Made by a program: the position numbers and the translations under genes
The notes under the pieces: model-generated
Told to the model about the DNA's origin: nothing
Seen by the model: only the letters and a program-made list of their open reading frames with translations
The model's database searches: none
Shown here: positions 44,933-53,242 of the stretch, piece by piece
Position numbering within the stretch: the stretch's first letter is position 1
Layout of the letters: the number at the start of each line of letters is the position of its first letter
Origin: Candidatus Nitricoxidivorans perseverans
Lineage (GTDB): Bacteria; Pseudomonadota; Gammaproteobacteria; Burkholderiales; Rhodocyclaceae
Length of the DNA stretch: 64,000 nt
Direction: 5' to 3'
Assembly: GCA_030246985.1 (NCBI GenBank)
Contig: CP107246.1
Span: forward strand, 372,282-436,281

Positions 44933-45811
44933 ATGAATCGCATGCCGCTCCCCGTGTCGCAACGCCTGGCCGTCCTGGCCGTCCTGGCCCTCGCCGGCCC
45001 GCTCCTCCTTTCCGGTTGCGGCAAGAAGGATGGCGGCGACAAGCCCGCCAGCCAGGTTCTGGCCAAGGTCAACGGGGACGACATCTCCGTGCACCAGCTC
45101 AACCACGTCTTGGCGCGCCAGCCCGGCCTCGCCAACGCCCCGGAGGAAGCGCGCAGGCAGGTGCTCGAAAAGCTGGTGGAGCGCCAGCTGATCTACCAGC
45201 AGGCCGTCAAGGAGGAACTCGACCGCACGCCGGACGTGATGCTGGCGATGGACGAGGCCCGGCGCGACATCGTCGCCGGCGCCTACCTCCGGAAGATCGG
45301 CGGCGGACAGCCGGCGCCGGGCGAAAAGGAGGCGGCCCGCTACTATGACGAACACCCCGTGCTCTTCGCCCAGCGCAAGATATACCGCCTGCGCGAGATC
45401 GCCCTGCCGGCCGGCGCGCCGCAGGCCGCCGAGGTGAAGGCCGCCGTCGCCCAGGGACAGAGCTTCGAGGCCATCGTCGCCCACCTGAAGTCGCGGGAAG
45501 CCCGCTTCGAATCCAACGCCGCCGTGCGCGCCGCCGAGCAGCTGCCCCTCGACGCCCTCGCCCTGCTCGCCGGCGCCGCCGAGGGACGCCTGGTCGTCTT
45601 CGAAACCCCCAGGGCCCTGGTGGTCTACCAAGTGCTGGAATCCCAGTCGAAGCCGGTCGACCAGGCCGCGGCGATGCCCAGCATCAAGGGGTTCCTGGCC
45701 AATCAGCAGGCGGCGAAGGCCGTCGCGGCCGAGGTCAAGCGCCTGCGCGAAACCGCCCGCGTCGAATATCCGGGCGAGGCGGACAAGGCCGTTTCTTCTG
45801 GGCTAAAATGA
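44933..45811 (+). CDS. epsD: EpsD-family peptidyl-prolyl isomerase-like lipoprotein
   Basis: 292 aa. Lipobox LLSGC. SurA/PpiD-like N-terminal pattern (AKVNGDDISVHQLNHVL...). Position ahead of epsE/F/G as in exosortase A loci. Confidence 0.7.
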   Translation: MNRMPLPVSQRLAVLAVLALAGPLLLSGCGKKDGGDKPASQVLAKVNGDDISVHQLNHVLARQPGLANAPEEARRQVLEKLVERQLIYQQAVKEELDRTPDVMLAMDEARRDIVAGAYLRKIGGGQPAPGEKEAARYYDEHPVLFAQRKIYRLREIALPAGAPQAAEVKAAVAQGQSFEAIVAHLKSREARFESNAAVRAAEQLPLDALALLAGAAEGRLVVFETPRALVVYQVLESQSKPVDQAAAMPSIKGFLANQQAAKAVAAEVKRLRETARVEYPGEADKAVSSGLK

Positions 45812-45869
45812 CGCCCGCGTCTCGAGCATGACACCGTTTTACATTCAAAACCAATAAAGGAGTCCGGAT

Positions 45870-46673
45870 ATGCCGCGTCAATTCCTCCGTCTGCTTTTCG
45901 CGCTCATGGTGATGGTGGGCGGGCCGGCCCGCGCGGCCGACGCGACGCCCGACTACACCCTTTCCGCCGGCGACGTCATCAAGATATCGGTGTTCCAGAA
46001 TCCCGACCTGACCCTTGAAACGCGGGTGTCCGAGAGCGGCTCCATCTCCTATCCGCTGATCGGCGAGGTCAACGTCGGCGGCCGTTCCGTGGCCGAGAGC
46101 GAAAAGGCGATCGCCAAGGGCCTCTCCGACGGCGGCTTCATCAAGCAGCCCCACGTCACCATCACCCTGCTGCAACTCCGCGGCAACCAGGTATCCGTCC
46201 TGGGCCTGGTCAACCGGGCCGGCCGCTACCCGCTGGAAACCGCGAACATGCGCCTCTCCGAGGCCATCGCCGTGGCCGGCGGCGTTTCCGCCACCGGCGC
46301 CGATATCGCCATCCTGATCGGCACCCGCAACGGCAAGCCCTACCGCGTCGAGGTCGACATCCCGTCCATATACCTCGACGCCAAGCCCGGCGCCGACATC
46401 CAGGTGGCCGGCGGCGACAGCATCTACGTGCACCGCGCCCCGATGTTCTATATCTACGGCGAGGTGCAGCGGCCGGGCGCCTATCGCCTGGAACGCGGCA
46501 TGACCGTCATGCAGGGCCTGGCCCAGGGCGGCGGCCCCACCCTGCGCGGCAGCGAGGGTTCGCTCAGGGTCATGCGCCGCGCCGCCAATGGCGCGGTCGA
46601 ATCGCTGGAGCCGGCCAACTCCGACGCCCTGCGCACCGACGACGTGATCTACGTCCCGGAAAGCCTGTTCTAA
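45870..46673 (+). CDS. epsE: Polysaccharide export protein EpsE (Wza-like periplasmic protein)
   Basis: 267 aa. Signal peptide. YTLSAGDVIKISVFQNPDLTLETRVSESGSISYPLIGEVNVGG (Poly_export motif) plus SLBB-like repeats. Confidence 0.85.
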   Translation: MPRQFLRLLFALMVMVGGPARAADATPDYTLSAGDVIKISVFQNPDLTLETRVSESGSISYPLIGEVNVGGRSVAESEKAIAKGLSDGGFIKQPHVTITLLQLRGNQVSVLGLVNRAGRYPLETANMRLSEAIAVAGGVSATGADIAILIGTRNGKPYRVEVDIPSIYLDAKPGADIQVAGGDSIYVHRAPMFYIYGEVQRPGAYRLERGMTVMQGLAQGGGPTLRGSEGSLRVMRRAANGAVESLEPANSDALRTDDVIYVPESLF

Positions 46674-46692
46674 CCGACCCGGAGCCCCGCCG

Positions 46693-48054
46693 ATGAATTT
46701 CCCGACCTTTCTCGCCATCCTGCACGCCAGGCTCAGGCTGATCATTCTGGTGCTGGGCGCCACCGTCGCCACCGCGGCCATCGTCAGCCTGCTCCTGCCC
46801 CCCGTCTACAAGGCCACCACCACGGTCATGGTCGACGCCAAGAGCAAGGATCCGGTCACCGGGGCCATGCAGCCGATCTCGCTCATGGTCGTGGCCGGCT
46901 ACGCCGCCACCCAGGTCGACATCATCTCCAGCCACAACGTCGCCGCCAAGGTGGTGGATGCCCTCAAGCTGGCCGAGTCGCCGCAGGTCAAGGCCGACTT
47001 CCTGGAAGAAACCGAGGGCAGGGGCAGCATCCGCGACTGGCTGGCCGACAAACTGCTCGAAAAGCTTACGGTCACGCCCTCGCGCGAATCCAGCGCCATC
47101 GACATCGACTTCAAGGCGCCCGATCCCCGCGTCGCCGCCGCCGTCGCCAACGCCTTCGCAACCGCCTACATCGACACCAGCCTGGAACTGCGCACCGAGC
47201 CGGCGCGCCAGGTTTCGACCTGGTACGAAGGCCAGCTCAGACAGCTGCGCGGCAATCTGGAAAAGGCCCAGATACAGCTTTCCGAATACCAGCGCGCGCG
47301 CGGCCTGGTCGCCTCCGACGAGCGTCTGGACGTCGAGACCTCCCGCTTGTCCGAGCTGTCCAGCCAGCTGGTGGCGGCCCAGTCGAGCAGCTACGACGCC
47401 ACCTCCCGCCAGGGCAGCGAGGGCGCCGACGTGATGAACAGCGGCGTGGTCCAGCAGTTGCGCACCGACCTCGCCCGGCGCGAGGCCGAGCTGGCGCAGT
47501 TCGGCCAGAACCTGGGCCAGAACCATCCGCAATATCAGCGCACCAAGGCCGAGGTCGAGACCCTGCGCGCCAAGCTGGAAGCGGAGAAGGGCGCCGCCAC
47601 GCGGGTCGTCTCGAGCACCGCCAGTTCGGCCCGCCAGCGCGAAGCCAGCCTGCGCGCCGCCATGGCCAGCCAGAAGGAACGCGTGCTCGACCTCAAGAAG
47701 CAGCGCGATGAGCTCTCCGTGCTGGCGCGCGACGTCGAGAACGCCCAGCGCATCTACGACAGCGCCCTCCAGCGCTACAGCCAGAGCCAGCTCGAGGCCA
47801 AGAACACGCAGACCGAGATCGCCATCCTCAACCCCGCCGTCGCGCCCATCGAAAAGGACAGCCCCAAGCTGCTGCTGAACCTGGTCGTGGCCACCTTCCT
47901 GGGCGGCATGCTGGCCCTCGGCGCCGCCCTCCTGATGGAAATGATCGACCGCCGCGTGCGCGGCGCGCAGGACATCATCAGCCTGCTCGGCATCCCGGTG
48001 CTGAGCGTGCTGGCCCCCGAGCCGCGCCCCTGGTTCGCGCGCAAGACGGCCTGA
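46693..48054 (+). CDS. epsF: Chain-length determinant protein EpsF (Wzz/PCP family)
   Basis: 453 aa. N-terminal TM helix + PPVYKATTTVMVD (Wzz motif), a long coiled-coil periplasmic region, and a C-terminal TM helix. Confidence 0.85.
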   Translation: MNFPTFLAILHARLRLIILVLGATVATAAIVSLLLPPVYKATTTVMVDAKSKDPVTGAMQPISLMVVAGYAATQVDIISSHNVAAKVVDALKLAESPQVKADFLEETEGRGSIRDWLADKLLEKLTVTPSRESSAIDIDFKAPDPRVAAAVANAFATAYIDTSLELRTEPARQVSTWYEGQLRQLRGNLEKAQIQLSEYQRARGLVASDERLDVETSRLSELSSQLVAAQSSSYDATSRQGSEGADVMNSGVVQQLRTDLARREAELAQFGQNLGQNHPQYQRTKAEVETLRAKLEAEKGAATRVVSSTASSARQREASLRAAMASQKERVLDLKKQRDELSVLARDVENAQRIYDSALQRYSQSQLEAKNTQTEIAILNPAVAPIEKDSPKLLLNLVVATFLGGMLALGAALLMEMIDRRVRGAQDIISLLGIPVLSVLAPEPRPWFARKTA

Positions 48055-48071
48055 CCCCGGAGAACGAAAAC

Positions 48072-48938
48072 ATGAACGCCCCCATGACGGTCGCCAATTC
48101 CACCAACATCGGCGCCTCGCTGTTCGACAGCGGCAAGATCACCGCCAACCAAGTGGTGCAGATCCTGCACTACCAGAAGCAGAACAAGACCCGCTTCGGC
48201 GAGGCCGCCGTGGCCCTCGGCTTCGTGACCGACGCCGATATCCGCCAGGTGCTGGCCCAGCAGTTCGACTACCCGTACCTGCAAAAAGGCGAGGCGACCA
48301 ACCTCAGCGAGGAGCTGGTGGCCGCCTACGCGCCGTTCTCGCACGAGGTGGAAAACCTGCGCGCCCTGCGCAACCAGCTCATGCTGCGCTGGCTCGACAA
48401 GGAGGAGGATGTCGGCACCACCGCCCTGGCCATCGTCAGCGCCGGGCGCGGCGAAGGCCGCAGCTGGCTGGCCGCCAACCTGGCCATCGTCTTCTCCCAA
48501 CTCGGCGAGCACACCCTGCTGGTCGATGCCGACCTGCGCAACCCGCGCCAGCACATCCTGTTCGGCCTCGACAACCGCGAGGGCCTGTCTCAGCTGCTGG
48601 CCGAACGGGCGGTGGAAAGCACGCTCAACAAGGTGCCCAAGTTCCGCGACCTCACCGTGCTCACCGCCGGCCCCATGCCGCCCAACCCGCAGGAACTGAT
48701 CTGCTGTTCCACCTTCCAGTCGCTGATGAACCAATGGCAGCGGCAATACGACGTCGTTCTGATCGACACGCCGGCCATGAGCCAGGCGGTCGACGGCCAG
48801 TCCGTCGCCGGCCGCTCCCGGGGCGCCCTGCTGGTCGCCCGCAAGGATCACACCCGGCTGGGCGACCTGACCGGATTGCAGGAAATGCTCGAAGCCGCCG
48901 ACGCCAAGATCGTCGGCGCCGTCATGAGCCAGTTCTGA
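48072..48938 (+). CDS. epsG: EpsG-like P-loop ATPase (BY-kinase-like) with N-terminal MshEN-type motif pair
   Basis: 288 aa. Walker A-like SAGRGEGRS, Walker A' LLVDADLRNP, Walker B VVLIDTPA. N-terminal NIGASLFDSGKITANQVVQILHYQ-KQNKT-RFGEAAVALGFVTDADIRQVLAQQ. Confidence 0.8.
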   Translation: MNAPMTVANSTNIGASLFDSGKITANQVVQILHYQKQNKTRFGEAAVALGFVTDADIRQVLAQQFDYPYLQKGEATNLSEELVAAYAPFSHEVENLRALRNQLMLRWLDKEEDVGTTALAIVSAGRGEGRSWLAANLAIVFSQLGEHTLLVDADLRNPRQHILFGLDNREGLSQLLAERAVESTLNKVPKFRDLTVLTAGPMPPNPQELICCSTFQSLMNQWQRQYDVVLIDTPAMSQAVDGQSVAGRSRGALLVARKDHTRLGDLTGLQEMLEAADAKIVGAVMSQF

Positions 48939-48969
48939 TCGACGAGGAACCCGCCGGCTCCGTACTCCC

Positions 48970-50667
48970 TTGGAATCCCTCATCCCGCCCTACGGCGACC
49001 GGCTCGTCGAGCTCCTGGCCACCCCGGACCGCGCCGCCGCGATCCGCGAGGAAGCGCTGGGCATGCCCTCCCTGGATCTGACCTGGACGCAGATCTGCCA
49101 GCTGGAACTGCTCCTCAACGGCGCCTTCTCTCCCTTGCAAGGCTTCATGGGCCGCGCCGACCTGGAAAGCGTCCTGAAGACCCTGAAGCTGGCCGACGGC
49201 CGCTGGTGGCCCCAGCCTGTCGTGCTGGCCGTCGACGAAAAGGCGGCCCAGGCCCTGCGGCCCGGCCAGGCCGCGGCCCTGCGCGACGGCGAGGGCTTCA
49301 TGCCCGCCATCCTGCACATTTCGGAAACCTGGCCGGCCGACCCCGAAGCCGAGATCGCCCTGGCCGAGGCCGCCGGCGTGCCCCTGAGCCAGCCTCTGGC
49401 CCAGCCGGGACAGCATTACGTCGCCGGCCGGCTCGAAGGCGTCGCCCTGCCGCCCCGGCACGATTTCCCCGCCGCGCGCCTCACCCCGCGCGAACTGCGT
49501 GAACAATTCACCCGCCGCGGCTGGCGCCGGGTGCTCGGCTGCCAGCCAGGCCAGCCCATGCACCGCCCCCAGCTCGAATTCATCCAGCGGGCCGCCATTC
49601 GGCACGAGGCCAACCTGTTCATCCAGCCGACCGCCGGCTCCGACCCGGTGCTGGAATCCAGCCACGTCGCCCTGGTGCGGGCCTGCCAGGCCCTGTTGCC
49701 GCGCCTGCCGGCGGCGACCACCTTCTTCGCCCTCAGCCCCATGATTCCCCTGCCGGCCGGGCCGCGCGAGACCCTGCTGCGCGCCGTGACCGCCCGAAAT
49801 TACGGCGCCTCCCATCTGGTCGTCGGCGGCGAAACCATCGACGACGGCATGCGCCGGCGCGGCCAGGACCATACCGGCCTGGCCGGCGAGGCGTCGGTCG
49901 GCGACTGCGTGGCGAGCATCGGAGTCGCCCTGGTTTCCTTCCCGCGCATGGTTTACCTGGAGGACAGCGACGAATACCTCCCCCAGGAAGAGGCCCCGGC
50001 CTACAGCCGCAAGCAGGTCATGGGCGGCCGGGAACTCAACCGCCGCCTGACGCTGGGCCTGAAGATTCCCGATTGGTTCAGCTATCCCGAAGTGATCGAG
50101 GAACTGCGCCGTTTCCATCCGCCGCGCAGCCGACAGGGCCTGACGGTGTTCTTCACCGGCCTCTCCGGCGCCGGCAAATCCACCCTGGCCAAGGCCCTGG
50201 CCGTCAAGCTGACGGAAATGGGCGGCCGCCGCGTCACCCTGCTCGACGGCGACATCGTCCGCAAGAACCTCTCGTCGGAACTGGGCTTCTCCAGGGAACA
50301 CCGCGACATCAACATCCGCCGCATCGGCTTCGTCGCCAGCGAGATCACCAAGCACGGGGGCATCGCCATCTGCGCGCCCATCGCGCCTTACCGGAACACG
50401 CGCCGCGACGTGCGCCGCATGATCGAATGCTGGGGCGGCTTCATCGAAATCCACGTCTCGACCCCCATCGAGGTTTGCGAAGGCCGCGACCGCAAGGGCC
50501 TGTACGCCAAGGCGCGCGCCGGCCTGATCCCCGAATTCACCGGCGTATCCGACCCCTATGAAATACCCGCGCAACCTGAATTGGCTATAGATACGTCACG
50601 CTACAGCGTTGACGAGGCCGTCCAGAGCGTCATCCTGAAACTTGAGCATGAGGGGTTCCTGCGTTGA
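48970..50667 (+). CDS. cysC: APS kinase (CysC) with N-terminal ATP-sulfurylase-like domain that has degenerate active-site motifs
   Basis: 565 aa (TTG start). C-terminal GLTVFFTGLSGAGKSTLA...LDGDIVR...APIAPY = CysC. The N-terminal sulfurylase fold has QPGQPMHRPQ in place of QTRNPMHRAH and GGETID in place of GRDHAG. Confidence 0.85.
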   Translation: MESLIPPYGDRLVELLATPDRAAAIREEALGMPSLDLTWTQICQLELLLNGAFSPLQGFMGRADLESVLKTLKLADGRWWPQPVVLAVDEKAAQALRPGQAAALRDGEGFMPAILHISETWPADPEAEIALAEAAGVPLSQPLAQPGQHYVAGRLEGVALPPRHDFPAARLTPRELREQFTRRGWRRVLGCQPGQPMHRPQLEFIQRAAIRHEANLFIQPTAGSDPVLESSHVALVRACQALLPRLPAATTFFALSPMIPLPAGPRETLLRAVTARNYGASHLVVGGETIDDGMRRRGQDHTGLAGEASVGDCVASIGVALVSFPRMVYLEDSDEYLPQEEAPAYSRKQVMGGRELNRRLTLGLKIPDWFSYPEVIEELRRFHPPRSRQGLTVFFTGLSGAGKSTLAKALAVKLTEMGGRRVTLLDGDIVRKNLSSELGFSREHRDINIRRIGFVASEITKHGGIAICAPIAPYRNTRRDVRRMIECWGGFIEIHVSTPIEVCEGRDRKGLYAKARAGLIPEFTGVSDPYEIPAQPELAIDTSRYSVDEAVQSVILKLEHEGFLR

Positions 50668-51575
50668 TGGCACTGGATTCCAGGCATTTCCAAAGGCATT
50701 CCGCGCTGCTCGCGTGGGGCTCGATCGCGGTCGGCCTGGCCTTCCTTTACGCCCCCAGCTTCCTCGACCTCTTCCGCGGCATCTGGAGCACCGACGAGCA
50801 GGCCCACGGCCCCCTCGTGCTCGGGGTTTCGTGCTGGCTGGCCTGGCGCAACTGGCCCGAGATGTGGCGCCGCAGCGAGGGCAAGCCGACGTCGGCGGCG
50901 GGTTGGCCCGTCTTCGTCGTCGGCCTCCTGCTGTACGTCGTCGGGCGTTCGCAGGACATCCTCCTGTTCGAGATCGGCTCGCTGATCTGGCTGCTGACCG
51001 GCATCCTGCTCCTGACGCGGGGCGGCGCGGCGGTCAGGGCCCAGTGGTTCGCGCTCTTCTTCATGCTCTTCATGATCCCGCTGCCCGGCCCGGTGGTGGA
51101 TACCGTGACCATGCCGATGAAAATGGCCGTGTCCTACGTCGCCGAGAACATCCTCTTCGCGGCGGGCTACCCGATAGCCCGCACCGGCGTCGTGCTCCAG
51201 ATCGGGCAATACCAGCTGCTGGTGGCGGACGCCTGCGCCGGCCTGCACACCCTGTTCTCGCTCGAGGCGCTGGGCCTGCTCTACCTGAACATCGTGCGGC
51301 ACGACTCGCTGTTCCGCAACGTCACCCTCGCCATCTTCATCGTGCCGATCTCCTTCACCGCCAACGTCATCCGCGTCATGGCGCTGACGCTGATCACCTA
51401 TCACTTCGGCGACGAGGCGGGGCAGGGCTTCCTGCACGGCTTCGCCGGCATCGTGCTGTTCCTCACCGCGCTGCTGCTGATCATGGGGGTGGATTCGCTG
51501 CTGCAGGCGGGGGGGCAGTTGTTGCGCCACGAATCCAACCCGCATAAAGCCGACGCGGGCGGGGCCGCGCCATGA
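50667..51575 (+). CDS. xrtA: Exosortase A (XrtA/EpsH)
   Basis: 302 aa. Polytopic. WSTDEQAHGPLV, LLVADACAGLHTLF (catalytic Cys), FTANVIRVMALTL (Arg), YHFGDEAGQGFLHGFAG (His). TGATG overlap with the cysC-fusion stop. Confidence 0.9.
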   Translation: MALDSRHFQRHSALLAWGSIAVGLAFLYAPSFLDLFRGIWSTDEQAHGPLVLGVSCWLAWRNWPEMWRRSEGKPTSAAGWPVFVVGLLLYVVGRSQDILLFEIGSLIWLLTGILLLTRGGAAVRAQWFALFFMLFMIPLPGPVVDTVTMPMKMAVSYVAENILFAAGYPIARTGVVLQIGQYQLLVADACAGLHTLFSLEALGLLYLNIVRHDSLFRNVTLAIFIVPISFTANVIRVMALTLITYHFGDEAGQGFLHGFAGIVLFLTALLLIMGVDSLLQAGGQLLRHESNPHKADAGGAAP

Positions 51576-51745
51576 ACTCCCTGGTGCGCACCGGCATCCT
51601 GCTCGCCGCCCTGATGTTCGGGGCGACCGTGCTCGCCGTGGTGTTCTGGCTCGTCGGGCGGCAGGGCAGGGGGGCAGCCTCAACCGACTGGCCAGCGCAA
51701 AACTTGCCGCTTGAACCTTGCCCCTCTCGCCTCGCAACGCAATAA
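51572..51745 (+). pseudogene. Truncated 5' copy of epsI (57 codons), left behind at the xrtA junction
   Basis: ATGA overlap with the xrtA stop. MNSLVRTGILLAALMFGATVLAVV then diverges. The first about 24 codons duplicate the start of the intact epsI at 53243. Confidence 0.65.
51585..51643. repeat. 59-bp perfect direct repeat, copy 1 (partner at 53259-53317)
   Basis: TGCGCACCGGCATCCTGCTCGCCGCCCTGATGTTCGGGGCGACCGTGCTCGCCGTGGTG is identical at both positions. Weaker similarity extends about 15-30 bp upstream. Confidence 0.95.
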
Positions 51746-51778
51746 TTATCCTTACAAAGAAGACGAATAAATAACATA

Positions 51779-53110
51779 ATGTCCTTGATGGAAAGCCAAT
51801 ATAGGGAAATTGTCCGGCAAAAGATTGTCGACAGCCTGGTCGCGCCCCAACCCGCGCTGACCCGGCGGGACATTCGTTTGCCCGCAATTCCCGGCAAGGC
51901 GGTCACCGTCATTGGCATGCGGCGTGCGGGGAAAACCAGCTTTCTCTGGCAACAACTGGCGGACCGCCATGCAGCGGGAACCGACCGGGACGGGCTGCTG
52001 TATTTCAGCTTCGAAGACGAACGGTTGGCCGACCTGTCGGCACGCGACCTCAATCTCGTCGTCGAGGAATACTACCGGCTGCAACCGGAATGGCGGGATC
52101 GGCGCCGCGCCACGTTCTTTCTCGACGAAATACAGGTCGTTCCCGGCTGGGAAGCCTTTGCGCGCCGCCTGCTCGACAGCGAGCAGATCGACCTGTTCCT
52201 TTCCGGTTCCTCGGCCAAGCTGCTTTCCCGCGAAGTCGCCACCAGCATGCGCGGGCGAGCCGTCGAAGCCGTGGTTTACCCCTTCGGCTTTCGCGAATAT
52301 CTCCGCCATCATGGCCGCGAACCCGACAAACCGTCGGAGCGTCTGACCAAGGCCGATCGCTCGTCGCTGGCAAAAGCCTTGCAGAGCTACCTCGAAGCGG
52401 GCGGCTTTCCCGAAGCCCAGGGTCTCGATGCGCGCACCCGGCACGAACTGCTCAAGAGCTATGTCGATGTCGTGCTGCTGCGCGATGTCATCGAGCGCCA
52501 CGCGGTATCCCATCCGATCGCCCTGCGCTGGATGGTGCGCCATCTACTCGGCAATCCCGCCGGCTCCTTCAGCGTGAACAAGTTTTATGGCGACCTCAAA
52601 TCCCAGGGCATTGCCGTCGCCAAAGACACCCTGCACGGCTACCTGGGGCATCTGGAAGACGCCTTTCTCGTGCGCATGATCTCGATCGCCACCGATTCGG
52701 AACGTCGCCGCATGGTCAATCCGCGCAAGGTTTATCCGATCGACCCCGGACTGATCCCCGTTTTCGACCGCTCCGGCAAGGCCAATCTGGGTCATGCCCT
52801 CGAAACCAGCGTATTGCTGGAGCTGGAGCGACGCGGTGCGCAGGTCAGCTACGTGCATACCCCTGAAGGGCACGAAGTGGATTTTCTGGCCCGCTACCCG
52901 ACCGGAAAAGAAGAACTGATACAGATTTGCGCCAGCCTCGACGACCCCGCCACGCGCGTGCGAGAGATACGGGCCTTGACCGAGGCCGCGCCGCACCACC
53001 CGCAAGCCGCGCGCAGCCTGATCGCGATCGACATCCCCACAACCGTGGTGGACATCCCTGCCGGAATCACCCTCCATGGCGCAACAGACTGGATGCTCAT
53101 GCATGAGTAA
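51779..53110 (+). CDS. AAA+ ATPase of the AAA_14/DUF4143 type
   Basis: 443 aa. Walker A GMRRAGKTS, Walker B FFLDEIQ, then the DUF4143-like C-terminal half (VDVVLLRDVIERH..., HEVDFLA). Preceded by an AT-rich stretch. Confidence 0.8.
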   Translation: MSLMESQYREIVRQKIVDSLVAPQPALTRRDIRLPAIPGKAVTVIGMRRAGKTSFLWQQLADRHAAGTDRDGLLYFSFEDERLADLSARDLNLVVEEYYRLQPEWRDRRRATFFLDEIQVVPGWEAFARRLLDSEQIDLFLSGSSAKLLSREVATSMRGRAVEAVVYPFGFREYLRHHGREPDKPSERLTKADRSSLAKALQSYLEAGGFPEAQGLDARTRHELLKSYVDVVLLRDVIERHAVSHPIALRWMVRHLLGNPAGSFSVNKFYGDLKSQGIAVAKDTLHGYLGHLEDAFLVRMISIATDSERRRMVNPRKVYPIDPGLIPVFDRSGKANLGHALETSVLLELERRGAQVSYVHTPEGHEVDFLARYPTGKEELIQICASLDDPATRVREIRALTEAAPHHPQAARSLIAIDIPTTVVDIPAGITLHGATDWMLMHE

Positions 53111-53129
53111 GCTTGCCCCTCGTCCCCCC

Positions 53130-53194
53130 GTAGGAGCCAGCTTGCTGGCGATGCCCCTCGCGGCCGCCGCCATCGCGACCAAGGTCGCTCCTAC
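53130..53194. repeat. REP doublet in inverted orientation (REPIN-like)
   Basis: GTAGGAGCCAGCTTGCTGGCGATG (53130-53153) and the reverse complement of GTAGGAGCGACCTTGGTCGCGATGG (53170-53194). Each unit contains its own palindrome (GCCAGC-TT-GCTGGC; GCGACC-TT-GGTCGC). Confidence 0.6.
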
Positions 53195-53242
53195 CCAAAC
53201 CCGCCGCGCAAAACTCTGCGCTGGCAAGGCGGCCCCATGCCC

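Noticed and set aside
48922-51887. Minus-strand ORFs of 550 and 428 aa opposite the cysC fusion and xrtA.
   Set aside because: They are antisense to genes with clear P-loop/CysC and exosortase motifs.
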